From positions 53,754,001 through 53,818,000 of the forward strand of contig OZ241831.1 in assembly GCA_965202585.1 (NCBI GenBank): a DNA stretch of 64,000 nt, written 5' to 3'. The stretch comes from Thalia democratica. Lineage: Eukaryota. The position numbers were made by a program, and so were the translations under genes. Every line of letters starts with the position of its first letter. Position 1 is the stretch's first letter. Below are positions 11,213-23,900 of this stretch, in pieces. Below the pieces are notes generated by a model. It was not told where the DNA came from and ran no database searches. It saw only the letters and a program-made list of their open reading frames with translations.

Positions 11213-12889
11213 TTATTCATCTAGCTCAAATATAATTAAGTATGCTGGAAATGAATCACAAAGATGATTTACGCATCCATAATTTTCATATCCAAACAAT
11301 CCTTCTCTTGTAACACTATTTCTGCTATCTTTTAAAATTGTTTTGTCTTTACTGACACGCTCATTATAGTTTTCTTCTGAACAGACAACAAACACGAATG
11401 ACAACAATTTTACTGTATTATCTACTTCGCAGTAACTAGCATTGTTATTACTTTCACTTTCTACGTCGGTAGTAAGAAACTTTATGTTTTTACGATAACC
11501 GTTTTTCAAAATATCTTCTACTTGATCCTTTCTAATTCCGTTAAGGTAAAGATACTTGTGTTGTAATTTAACAACTTCAAGTTTGTCAGTAGGGTTTATT
11601 CTGAACAACTGTCTTACTTTCAACATGTTTACATTATTGAATGATCGCGAAATAAACTTGTAATCATCATTCTCTTTCTGCAGAAGTTCTGTACTAAATT
11701 TTCTTTTTTCGTCATCTTTCACATTAAAAATGCTAGTAAATTGAAAGGAAAGTTGTTTAATTAAATAATTGATAGAATTTTCTAAGCTAGAAGTCATACG
11801 CTTTATTTTTTTAAGGTGATTTCTAGTTATTTCTTTCTCTAGCTCTTCTGCTATCGTCGTTTGGGAAAATTTAGAAACTTTATTTTGAGTATTACTATCT
11901 TTGTTTGTTCTTCGATTTATGACAGAACCAGCAACATTTATTGTATAACTCCTTATTTTTAAACAACTATAAAGTATTTTATTGACTATATCATCTATAT
12001 CAGTTTTTTCTTCCATTTCAATTATATAAGCAGGTACTACTAAACTATGATGGGCCAATATTATGTTTTTATGATCAATGCTTTGAAATGAACCATTCAA
12101 AATTTTTCTGTTTTGACTATCAAACAAGTCTAAAGGAGACTTTTCAGTTCTAAATGGTCGATTTAAACCAATTTCAAATGGTTGCATTTTTCGAGTTTTA
12201 TATAAATTTACTGACGGCTCCTTATTCTGATAATCTTCAAAAGATGTTTTATTTTCAAATAGACTATCTTGTTTACATAGCTTAGGATGTGGTACACTAT
12301 TAACAAAAAAGTATCTAAACTTTTTAATGAATTTTTCTTCTGTTGCAAAACACATACCGTAATTATATGCATAACTAAAGCTGTTAGTAAGATACACTCC
12401 AGGACCATAAGATCCTTTTTGAGACGGATTAAATCCTGACTTTAAAATTCCTTCTACGTTTGGTGCTTTTGTTCCATGAAGAAAAAGTATCTGATTAGAA
12501 TCATTCGAGTCTGTTGAATTTTTTTCATTTGAGACAACTTTGTATATTCTTAAACTGTTGATGTTTTTTCTTATGTCTAGCTGATATCTAGAGTATTCCG
12601 TAGTAGAATTATCGTTAATATTAATTGAACCTTTAATGAGTTCGTAGTCAGTATCATTGGTTTTCAACAGCTCAAGTTTGTATTTAAAACCAGGAAGAAC
12701 AGACTTTTTGAAATTTGCAACATTGTATTCACATAACTTTTTAGCTTTTTCAAACACATTTTCGTTTTCGTAATCATCTTTTTCTTTGTTTATTTGTTCT
12801 TCCTTTTTCTGAACAATATCTTGTAAAAAACTTTTACAGTTAGGGTGACTTTTTGAAAATTCTTCCACTTTGTGTTTGATGAATTCCAT
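11213..12889 (-). CDS. 558-aa protein with a PARP-like ADP-ribosyltransferase domain plus a degenerate second ART domain (paralogue 1)
   Basis: Uninterrupted ORF. Motifs FLHGTKAPNVEGILKSGF, GSYGPGVYLTNS and VVPAYII. The second repeat has YLYLNGIRKDQVEDILKNGY ... FPAYLIIFEL. Confidence 0.9.
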   Translation of the reverse strand: MEFIKHKVEEFSKSHPNCKSFLQDIVQKKEEQINKEKDDYENENVFEKAKKLCEYNVANFKKSVLPGFKYKLELLKTNDTDYELIKGSININDNSTTEYSRYQLDIRKNINSLRIYKVVSNEKNSTDSNDSNQILFLHGTKAPNVEGILKSGFNPSQKGSYGPGVYLTNSFSYAYNYGMCFATEEKFIKKFRYFFVNSVPHPKLCKQDSLFENKTSFEDYQNKEPSVNLYKTRKMQPFEIGLNRPFRTEKSPLDLFDSQNRKILNGSFQSIDHKNIILAHHSLVVPAYIIEMEEKTDIDDIVNKILYSCLKIRSYTINVAGSVINRRTNKDSNTQNKVSKFSQTTIAEELEKEITRNHLKKIKRMTSSLENSINYLIKQLSFQFTSIFNVKDDEKRKFSTELLQKENDDYKFISRSFNNVNMLKVRQLFRINPTDKLEVVKLQHKYLYLNGIRKDQVEDILKNGYRKNIKFLTTDVESESNNNASYCEVDNTVKLLSFVFVVCSEENYNERVSKDKTILKDSRNSVTREGLFGYENYGCVNHLCDSFPAYLIIFELDE

Positions 12890-13395
12890 CGTATACTTTG
12901 TTTTATGTATTAAACTACTAAAGTATTACTTAAGTTAGCTCTGGAAATAAATAGAAAAGTTTTGTTTTACAGAAAATAAGTATTTATAACTGGTTTATGA
13001 TTAAGTTTAAAGCAAATGACTGTTGCAGACCCAACAGAGGTGCTGCCATAAATTAGGTGGGTTATGACTGTCTGATACAAGATCTTTGTATCTGAATATT
13101 ATATTTGCAACTAATTTAATTTTAAAAATTAAGTTGCGTTAAAAATTCAATCTACTTAGGTAAATTACAAAAATATGTAACTTAAACATAGTAGTAATAA
13201 ATTTAATCAAAAAAAATGTTTTTTATGGAGATTGATATAAAGAAAGAAATCAATATGAGAATATTAGATTAAAACTAGAAAAAATGAAATAAATTAATAA
13301 CTAATTTTTTGTTTAGTTAAAACTATACAAACATTAAGTTGTGATTAAAAGACAAAAAAATAAAATCAACAAATTTTTACTAATCATATTAGGAA

Positions 13396-13515
13396 TGATC
13401 AGGATATATTGGGTTTGAACAAATTGTTTAGAAGTGATCAGGTTAGAATAAATCGGGTTAGAAAAGATAGGGTTTGAAATAATCAGGTCAGAAATAATTT
13501 ATTAAAAAGTGATCG
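13396..13515. repeat. 15-bp tandem repeat (ATCGGGTTAGAAATA-like), about 7 diverged copies
   Basis: ATCAGGTTAGAATAA / ATCGGGTTAGAAAAG / ATAGGGTTTGAAATA / ATCAGGTCAGAAATA in tandem. Confidence 0.6.
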
Positions 13516-16049
13516 CGAATAGTAATTGATAATTAATTCCAAAAAATACCCTTCGCGATATTTTATTTGAAGAAACTTTCACTTAGGCACCATTCAACTT
13601 TCACGAAGTTTTTAAAGTTCAAACTATATAGGATTCAATATTGCAACTTTTAAATTTTTATTGTATTTAAACTTGTGACATTTATCACTAAACATTGTGA
13701 ACAACTTGAGGCGATGTATGTAAGGTTTAATTGAGCACTAAAACATAAAAAAAATAAAAATAAAACTATAGAAAAGTGATAATAACTACGAAAAATAAAG
13801 TTTTTTACAAAGTAACTTAAAAATAGTTTAAAACTAAATATACCAAAATTCATTGAAATTAGAGAACTATACATTATCTAATGTTATTAATAAATTCTAT
13901 AACTATTATAGTCTCATCATTAAAAAAACATAATTATCCTGTGTCAGCCAGAGCTAAAAAACAAAATTTAAAATATTCTAAGCTGTTCAGAGATTTTTAA
14001 GAAATTCAACATTTTTCTAAGTATTTTTAATGCTTTAAGTTTTGACAAAATTGCAATACATATATTTTTTTCTAGTTTGTAAACCGTTAAGGTTGATTAT
14101 ATATCGGGGTTGTCACTTTTTTTAGCAAAAAACTGAGTATAAAAAGCTAAATAAAGTAAAAAATCTGTCCTTAGTGACTAGAAACTGTCCTTGTGTAGCA
14201 ACCTTGTTAAACGCTAGGATTAAAATAATAATATTTAACTAAATGGTAGTTGTGTTAGAATTCAAATCATCATATAAAATCTCTCACAGTATTTACAAGG
14301 CAATCTTTTGATAAGCTATTATAAGAAAGCAATAATTTAAGTGGTAGTAAGTTTTCAAATTTTAATAATATAATTAGCTGTTACAACTACTATGAAAAAT
14401 AATAAACTGTTAAGATAAAATTAGCTTTGTGAAATATTATAAATAAGCTGTTTGTAATGCAGTATTTTTTTATGGCATTTGTTAACAAGTTTAACAAATA
14501 AATCTATCACAATTAAATCTTTTTCTTGTTAAAAAAACAGCTTGTGTTACCAAAAACTAGTCTTAGTTTTATCAAACTAGCTTGAGTCAGCTTAAGTTAG
14601 TGATAAAAAACAATAACCTTAGTCATGAGAATGTTTTAAAAAGTAAATAAAATGAGCAAAGTTTGAAAAAAATAACAATATTACCTAGTAAAACTGAAAA
14701 AGAAACAAGATAATTTGTTAACAAATTAAATTAACTTTTGAAATAGATTATAAGATTTTAATATGTTATAATGAGTAAGATGCATTTTAAGTGTTTACAC
14801 AATCTAGTAGATTTTTAATATAACTAGTATTATTTCAAAATTAGACAAAACAACTTTAAAAAAAAGTATTAAGCTAAAAAAAAACCACATAACTATTAAA
14901 ATGTTTTAAATAGCTGCATTTTGCAAAAATAATCAAATAAAATTGGATTGACCTGATATATTATTACATTATAATTTAAATTTTTAGTATTAACTTTTTT
15001 TTTGTTATATCATATAGCTAAATATGATTTCTAGAAGTTTGAAATAAATTTCTTTTTTGTATTAACAGACAACTTTAAAAATATTGTAAAATCTATACAA
15101 ATTTTTTTCGAATTTTATTAAAGCTTTAATGTTTACAATAAGGTAAATTTTAAGTAAAAGAAAATAGGCTTTCATAAAATTTTTTAATTTAACTTTTTAA
15201 ACATTACCTTTTGTCTTTGCTTTCCACATAGAAACAGTTTAATTTAAAAAAAATTAAATACATATCTTTCATATGAAAAATTAAACTACTTGAAGCTTAG
15301 TTAAATTGTAAAAAAATGGTAGCAAAGATAATAATGTACATAGCTAGACAAACTTGTAAATATCAATATGGAATCCACTATGGCCTTAAACCATTTATGT
15401 TTGTTCAGATCTTTTTTATGACTTAAGAATTTTTTGTTCTCAGAATTTGTAGTCATCGTTATGATTTATTTTTGAAATTTCATACTTTTTATCAAACTAA
15501 TCGTAAAATGTTTTGATTAAAGTTTTAGGGGAGGGGTCAACGTTGAATATACAAGTTCAACTTGTTTTGTAGAGTTTATCTTAGCTATCAGAAGTTTTGA
15601 ACAACTTAACAAAAGATTTAAGCAATCAAAGTTTGTGAACTCTAAAAGATCCATGTAAATGGAACAAATTAAAAAGTCAGAAAAAAAATTTTTCTGCATT
15701 TTTAAATAATCTTCTTAAATATTTACAGTAGTTATATAATTTAAATACAGGACTTAAACAAGAATAAAAAAATCACACTTTTATTTTAATCAAAAAATAC
15801 TATTTCTTACTAACTATTGAATTCAAAAATGTTAAGTCTTTTAGACAAAAAAAAAGCTTTTTAAAAGTTGAGGTACATGAAAATGAAAGAGATAAAAGAT
15901 TTTCAAGAAATAATAAAAGTGATAGTATCACAATTTTTTTTAATTCTAAAAAGTTTGCACTTAAAGCTTTTGAATAAGAACTAAATTTTACTTTTGAATA
16001 ATTCTTCTGAGGTTTTTAAAAATACCTAAAACTAAACTGACTTTATCTT

Positions 16050-19000
16050 ATAAAAATGAAACTTATCCTAATTCAGCCTGTACTAAAAAAAAATTAAAAT
16101 GTCCTGAGATTATAAAATATCTTTACTTATTTTAAGTGTAAGACAACCCTGAATATTTCGTTAATTTTACTAAAAATAAAGCTACAAAAGCTTATTGATA
16201 AAAACAAATCATAGTTTGGTAATCTACAAATAAAATCTCTAACTAATTCACCAACTTTTAAGCAGTTGATCTGATAAAAACTGCTATTATGTTAAAAAAC
16301 TGATTAGGCCGTGTAAAAAAAAGAGCAAGTTAAAAGAGATTAAATTAACTTTAGTTTGTTTTGTTAATAATGATTTTTTTATATTACATATACAGACATT
16401 GTACATGTACAAAAAGTACATTTTGAGATATAAGTGATCAAAGATGGTGGACTCAAAAGGTTTTTTTTTACAGGAGCAGAATATGAGTTAAAAAAAGAAT
16501 AATTAACTGAAAGTATACCTGCTCGTAATTTTTAAACCCATCTTCTCTAAACTTCTACCACGAGTCTAATTATTTTTTTTTCAGTGTAGAGTTTATTTTT
16601 ATAACAAAAACATCATTTAATTTTTATCTTTTCATCTAGAAAATTTATTTTAAATCATTTCAAATTAAATTATTTAAAGTTTTTAAATAAAAAAAACAAA
16701 AAATGAAGAAAAGATAGATTTTTAGTGAATCTTTAAGTTGACAAGAAAATTTAACTTTATAAAACTTGTGGTCTTTTTTATTGTATTGTAAACTTAAATT
16801 GAAAATAAAAAAATAAATTTTTTGATCCATTAATAGTATAAAATCACACTTAAGATAAAAATTCCTTTAAAGGTTTTTAAAATTACAGGCTTTTGGGTCT
16901 GCTTATTAGTTCAAAATAAAGTTCAAAAATGTGTAAAGTAGTATAACAACATAGCAAAGACACTAGTATTACTAGATTAATGTGTTTTTTAATAAAATCT
17001 TTTGGTGATGATATAAAATGTTTTTAATATGATTGACTTTTTTGTCAAATCAAGATGTAAAAATAGTTTAAAATTCAAGGTTTTTCAATGTTTATAAATA
17101 ACTTTAGTAGCAAATTCCAGATCTTCTTCAGTATTTTTTTAAATTCCATGTACCTAGTCAAAATTATCAAATTTAATTTTTCCAGGATTTCAGGTTTGGT
17201 GGCAACCAAGAACAATAAAAATGTTTTGTAAAGTACAGGGTTGTCAAAGGATCCATGTAAGTTTCTTCCAGGCTTTTTAAAAAAATAAATTTTTTAGTCC
17301 ATTTAAAGAATAAAATCAAACTTTTGATAAAATAATATTAAAAAATATATTCTAGGTTTTTAAAAGTACAGGGTTTTTGGTCTACTTATAGTTATAATTA
17401 AAATTAAAGTTAAAACTGTGTTAAGCTACATAAAAACATTGCAAAGACAATTTAAATATAGTTTAAATGTGTTTTTTGAAATTGAAATTGATGATGATAA
17501 CTTTTTTTTTAGTTATTTTTGGTATGTTAAGATGTAAAAATAGTTTAAAATTCAGATCTTTCAAGGTTTATTAGTAACTTTAGTAGAGAGTCCCAGCTTT
17601 TCTTTTTAATAATTTTCAAATTCCAGGTTTTTCCAGAACTTCAGGTATGGTAGAACCAAGAACAATTTAAAAATTTTGTAAACCTGCTTAAAATGTTTTC
17701 ATATAAAAATAAATTATTAATAATACAATAAAAATTTTTATCCTTCAGAGGCATTATTCCAATTAGATGAAACTTTGTTACTTCACATGTACAAATAGAA
17801 AATATAGGTGTTTTAAAAGTTTTATCAACTTTTTTAGAGATTTCATGTTTAAAAAAAAGTTCTTTAACTAAAAGTTTTTCCAGTTGTTTTTTGCCTAAAT
17901 TGACATACTACAGATTATCCTGGGTTCCTGGTTTTTTTGGCAACCCTGTATAGATATAAAAAATTATATAGATAATAAATAAGTAATTTTACTGCAAAAA
18001 ACAAAACTTAAAGGAATAAAGCAAAACATGACAAAAAGGGATCATTGAAATGATATTGACTATATTTAAACAAAACTGCTTAAATGAACAATAAATTAAA
18101 TTAGTAGATGTAATAATTAGTCTTAATATACAAAAATATAAAATTAGTAAAGACCATATTTTGTTAGACTTTGTTTACATTAATACTATTATTTTAAGCA
18201 CTCTGTTAGATTAAACACATTCATCTATAATTAAGTTTAATTATAAAAATATGCACAATATACTAAGATACTTTATTCATTTAAAAAAATCTTAAAAAGT
18301 AGTGGTCATTAAAATGAATAAAATTATTCTAAAAGTTAAACCTTTTTTCTAAAATGGCATGCATTTAACTTTTAAAATACTCAACAGTTTTTTTCTACCT
18401 TAAACACTTGCAACTGTAGTTGTTGGTTCTAAACTTAAGCACAATAAATACTGTGTGAATAAACATTTATATATTAGCTATCAAAGTTTAAACACATTCA
18501 AAAACTTAAGGTTAGCTGACTGTTATAATGAACTAATCATTGATAATGACAATTTTATTTTCATGGCTGTCTAACTTCTAGTATAAAAAATACAGATTAC
18601 CTTGAAACCATCCTTTATAAACTTTTTATACCTTAATGTATGTAAATATTGTTAATATTGAATTTGACAAAATGGACTAAAACATGCTCTAAATTTTTTA
18701 ATAGAGTTTACTAGTTAATCTTTTTCTAATGATTCAGTAAGTAAAACTCTGAGCAATATTTTTGTACAAAGGTTTATTTATTAATCTGTATAAAAGTTCT
18801 AACATTTATATTAAGTTGAAATAAAAAACTTTTTCTACGCTTTTGTATGGCTTCTAAAGTACCAGAAAAAAAGGAACAAATAAAAAACTATGTTTTTTAA
18901 CATTTTCATTGTAATTTATTTTAAGCTTTCACATAAGTAAACTTTTATAGATAAAAATTTAACAAAATTTACTTAAACAAATTTTAATTTTTTTTCAAAA

Positions 19001-19230
19001 ACTTAAAGCTGTAAAGGTGTTTTTAAGTATTAAGCGTACAAAACTATCAACAATATTTTATAATATTGTATTTTACACTTATATATGCCTTCTAAATTGC
19101 GAATAACAAAAAAACCTAGATAATAAACAAACAATTGTTTCGTTTTACTAAAAAATTATGCTTGAGTAGTTTTTAGCTATTTGCTCAGGGATAATCTGGC
19201 AACCGTATTCTTTTGTAACAGACTTACATA
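16050..19230 (+). repeat. Segmental duplication block, copy 1 (collinear with ~52590-58060)
   Basis: Anchors shared in the same order: 16050/52590, 16930/53220, 17765/54000, 18350/54900+57410, 18670/57725, 19190/58020. Same orientation relative to each ART gene. Confidence 0.75.
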
Positions 19231-20449
19231 AAAACAGAAATAATCATTAAGATATTTAAGAAAATTTTCTGTTTTTTTTTTGATTATTTTTATCTAAGTC
19301 CTATTTTATTGTTTCGACATACATGTATTTAAAAGTGCCGATTTTTTTAAAAATGTGAAAATTGCTCAATTTTGTGAAGCAAACATAAACAATAGGATAT
19401 TTTTCACATAAGAAACACATAAGTAACTAAAAATAAACTGCGAAACAAAATTAGTAACAAATTTAGTCTAATCAAAGAAAAACTATTTAATGATATAAAA
19501 ATAAAGTACTTTCTGAAACAGATAAAGTTAGAAAAAATTGTGTGATTATTAAAATATGATTAATCTTTTGACAAAAGAAATCAGACGTGCACAATTCATT
19601 TACAACTTGACAAAAACTTATACGTTTTTCGCAGTTGTAAATAAAAACAATGTGTATGTGTTTAATTAGAAGTTATAATAAAATATTAAAATCTTCGAAG
19701 TTAGAACTGAAAAATTATTCAATAAGGAAAATTTTAGTTCTTTTATATGAATTAAAAAAATTTATTTTTTAAGTTGTGCAACTTTAGTGATTATAATTTT
19801 TTTTACAGTGTATATAGTTTTATTAGACAAAATACATTTTCTATAATACACTTTTATTTTTGACGTAGTTTTGTCAAAAATAATATAATGCTCTCGGGCT
19901 GAATAACTACAAAACGTGACTATATAATTTGTAATGGTAAAAAGCACTGTGTGAAAGTTAAAAGGCACTCGGCAGTAGCTAGGATTTAAGTTCCTAAATA
20001 AATAACTTAAAATACTATTTACAGATTATTTTTAAACACTAAACACAATGCTAATTAACAATTTTTCTCTATATTACAGTTGAATAGCATTCTTGAACTA
20101 ACTGTTTACACGTCAAATTTCCATATTAAAATATTTTCAAATATTAATCTGTAACATTTGACATTCAACCTTATATTTTAAATTTTTAAACCGTAGTGCT
20201 ATTTAAGTCAGTAAAATAAGAATAAGACTTAAAAGTCGGTCTTACTTGCATATATTTGGTGATATAGCATTAAAAAAAAACTTTTTTTTTATTTTGTTTA
20301 TTTACACCAGGGAACCCTTTTTCAGGTGAACCCCTTTAGAGAGTTAAATAAATCCTCTTTCATTAGATTAACAAAAACCAACCATTAAAAAAAATTAATA
20401 CCTAATTATGCTCTTCATCTGGTACACAAGAATATCTAGTGTAAGTTTT

Positions 20450-20510
20450 AAGCTATGACCTCATGTCCCCCTCACCTTTGGCTCCTTTACTGCTCATGCC
20501 CCAAATAATT
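20450..20510 (-). repeat. Fragment of a dispersed repeat family (also at 45230-45445 + and 60260-60512 -)
   Basis: Shared GGGGC..GAGCAGTAAAGGAGCCA..GGGG..ATGAGGTCATA sequence. Confidence 0.6.
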
Positions 20511-20912
20511 TCTTTTATTGCTGAATTAGTAAATATGTAATTCAAACTGCCGTAGAAATATAAAAGCTAGATAAAACTAGCTTTACATTTTAAGTTTTTA
20601 AAAAGTTAGAAAGAAACTAATTGTCAAAACTAAAAAGTAATAAATTTTTCATAAGTCTGTATAAACTTTACTAAATCATAATTATATAAATATGTCAGAG
20701 AAAACAAAAAACTAACTATGGTTTGATTAAAAATAAATTAAACATAAAAATACTTCTCAAAGTTTACTTTAACAAATGTCACTGATTGAAAACTATTATA
20801 GATTTAATGACAACCTAAATTGCTATGTTTTACAGATTGAAAGTTTAAAAGTTATAAACTTCTATCATCCACTAGACATTATTTATTTTGCAAATGTTGC
20901 TTTCCATCAGTC

Positions 20913-20985
20913 GTCTCCGTGGCGCAATGGATAGCGCGCTCGACTTCTAATCAAGAGGTTCCGGGTTCGAGTCCCGGCGGAGATG
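20913..20985 (+). tRNA. tRNA-Arg-TCT: tRNA-Arg, anticodon UCU, intronless
   Basis: Cloverleaf: acceptor stem GTCTCCG/CGGAGAT, D stem GCGC/GCGC, anticodon loop CTTCTAA, T loop GGTTCGAGTCC. One C-A mismatch in the anticodon stem. No encoded CCA. Confidence 0.95.
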
Positions 20986-20986
20986 C

Positions 20987-20990
20987 TTTT
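20987..20990 (+). terminator. RNA polymerase III terminator (T run)
   Basis: TTTT immediately downstream of the tRNA. Confidence 0.7.
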
Positions 20991-23900
20991 ATTGATGCGA
21001 TAGGTTGTTAATAAAACTTTTTTTAAACTATTTGTATACTGTTGCGTAAACTTGGCTTAAGGCAGTGGTATTCTAGTTAATCAAAATCTGAGAACCCCTA
21101 AAATGAAAATTTATTGCTTTAAAAACGATTTTGATTTTTTGTTTAGTTTGACCTGTAAAACAAAATTAAAGAGCTCACTACTGGACGCTATGCATATAAG
21201 AGACTAAAAACAACTCATAACTTTTATGATCGTACATATACTTTAGAATTTTTAAATATGCTACAAAAACACTTTTTTTATTCCTAATTAAAGTTAATTG
21301 AATATGAAGTTTATTGTAATTAAGTTAATAAGTAATATCAAATCTTATTTGAACTTATTACATAAGCTGATAGCTAAAGATAAATTAAAATTGAGTTTTG
21401 AACAGTTTACTCAAATTAACCAGTTGACAAAACATTATACTAGTACTGCTTCAACATCTAAAGTTACAACAAACTTTCAAAAAAATAGCAAACAAGATGA
21501 ACATGTAGAAATTATTTTTAAGGCTAATATACTTTTAACGTAATCAATTTGGTGGAAAATAAATTTTGTTAAGTTTTATTTTAATAGTTATCCTAAACTT
21601 AATTACTTCTGAGTTAGAAAACTCTTTGATAAAGTTGATAATTATTTATATAAGTAAAGCCTTTTAGTGTAATATGTATTGTTGAAATTAAATTCTTCCT
21701 TAAACTTCGATGGTTGTTTAATTAATGGTATAATAAATTTTTTAAAGACAAATTTTATTAAAGTTTAAAAAAAAAATTATTACTCTATGGGTAAAAATGT
21801 TATTGACTTTGGCTACGACCACATATGTATGATTTTTTTTTCAGAATATATTGAATTCAGTTATTTATGCCATTTTTTTATTTTATATGTAAATAAAGGG
21901 GCTAGAAAATGTCAAATAATTAAAGTTTTTTATTATAATGTATTAAAGGTAAGTTTTAGAAATTTTTGGCAATTATGTCAGTAAACTTCTTAATGATTGT
22001 ATATTTTTTTTTAATAAATTTATTTATAATTCAATAACTTGTCAGAATAAAACAAAGCTAAAAAATTATTTATAAGCAATTAGGCAAAAGTCTGGAGAGT
22101 TTTTTATCCAGTAAACTTAGTAACCAAAAATTTTCAAAACGGTTAAAATTTTGCTTTTTTTTAATATAACAAACAAAACAAAGTATGAGAATATGTCTAT
22201 AAATTTAATTATAGTTAATTTATATTATTTTATCAGAATCGTTACTTAAAAAACAAAGAAAGTTTTTTCATTTGGCAAATTTATACAAAGTTTTTAAGTT
22301 ATGTTGTATATTGTTTGTGAAAAAAAGTTATGTTTAACTTGTACGGAAAGTATACTGTCTTTAGAATTATTCCAAAAAGCAATTTTTAATTGTTAAGCAT
22401 TTTTCTTTAATTATACTTCGAAACAGTCAAAATTTTTGTTACATAAAATAAAGTTAATAATCAATTTTGAACCATAAAATTTTATCTGGTTGAAATTATA
22501 ATCTTATTAAATATAAATTTAATAGTTTACTAAACATTTCGATCAAATTTTTTCTACTGCTTCTTATTTCTAAATCACACAATAAAACTAATTTTGAAGT
22601 GAGGTGAAATAATTAGATTTTAATTAATAGAAGTTCAACTTTGTAAATTTTGAAGTTTTTAGCAAAATTAAATTGTATAAATTACTATAATTATAAAATT
22701 TTATAGAAAATTAGTTCCATATTTTGAACTTGTAGTTTAAACGATTAACTTATAGACTAACTGCACAACTTTTAGAAAAAAATAAAATAGTTATTATATA
22801 AATAAAAACATCTAATAACTTTTCTGCATAATTACAAAAAAAAAAATTCAAACTAAATTCTTAATTAATCTAGTAAAGTTATTAGCTTATTAAAAAACAT
22901 AAAACTAAACTTCTTAGATAATTTTTTCTTAATTCTTTGAAAACAAAAACACCAGAGCAAATAAATTCTTAATTTTTTTACCTACATCTAAAAGTTAACA
23001 TTTAAATTAAAAAACTCAAATTTATTGACTGTTATAAGGCAAATTATTGCTATTAAAGCTAGCAGCTATGATTGATTTAATTTAAAAATTACCTAAAATA
23101 CTAAAACTTTCTTTAAAGTACCATGATAGAACTAATTTCTTTGTCGATATTTTAGTAGGTAAGTAACATTGATAACTGTTTTTAACAAAATTTAATTCCT
23201 TTATTTCAAAGCTATATAACAAATTTTAATTATTAAACTCGATTAAAGTTTAGATTTTTTCAATAAACTTAAGTTAAATTTTATTGTAAAAATTACAGAT
23301 TAATGTCATAGTTTAACTTCTAAAAGGTAATAATGACTAATTTCTACGGAATAAGCTGACTTGAGCTGTTAAATATAAAATTCAAGATTTTTTGTTTAAA
23401 GTTGTTAGAAATAAACATTAAAAGTTGAATTTTTATTATTAAAAAGATTTTTTTACCCAAACACATCTACCTAAGATTTTTCACGGAACTATAAAACATT
23501 ACTAAAAATTTAAAGTCTATCAAAGGTATTTATTTAGCATTTTTTTTTTAAATTAATGTTTTTTATATTAAATTAAAATTGTTTAAATTTCTTGAAATAA
23601 GTATATAGATACAAACCCATTTTAGCTAAATTATTACCTTATCTTCTAACTTTTATTTTATTTTAACATTTAGACTTTTATGTCAAAAAAGTATTTTATA
23701 ATGAGCTATTTTTGTATTCTAAATTATTTGAATGGCTTTAAAACAAAAATAAAATCACTTTTTAGCACAAAAAGCAGTTTTGTATAAATATGTACATGTT
23801 CCCAAATTAAATTATAAGAGAACAAAAATCAAGTCTTTTTAGTTGTTTAATAGCTACGTTTTTAAAAATTTTTCAAAGTTTACATATTATTAATAAAATT

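Noticed and set aside
12208-12408. 66-aa ORF inside ART paralogue 1
   Set aside because: Alternative-frame overlap with no independent support.
20450-20510. Match to 60465-60510 as an extension of the segmental duplication
   Set aside because: A third copy at 45230-45330 shows it is a dispersed repeat.
21298-21543. 81-aa ORF and similar 60-80 aa AT-rich ORFs elsewhere
   Set aside because: Low-complexity K/I/L/F/N composition expected by chance. No domain or splice support.
23118-23165. Possible micro-exon ending in AG|GTAAGT
   Set aside because: A single good donor with a short frame and no partner exons identified.
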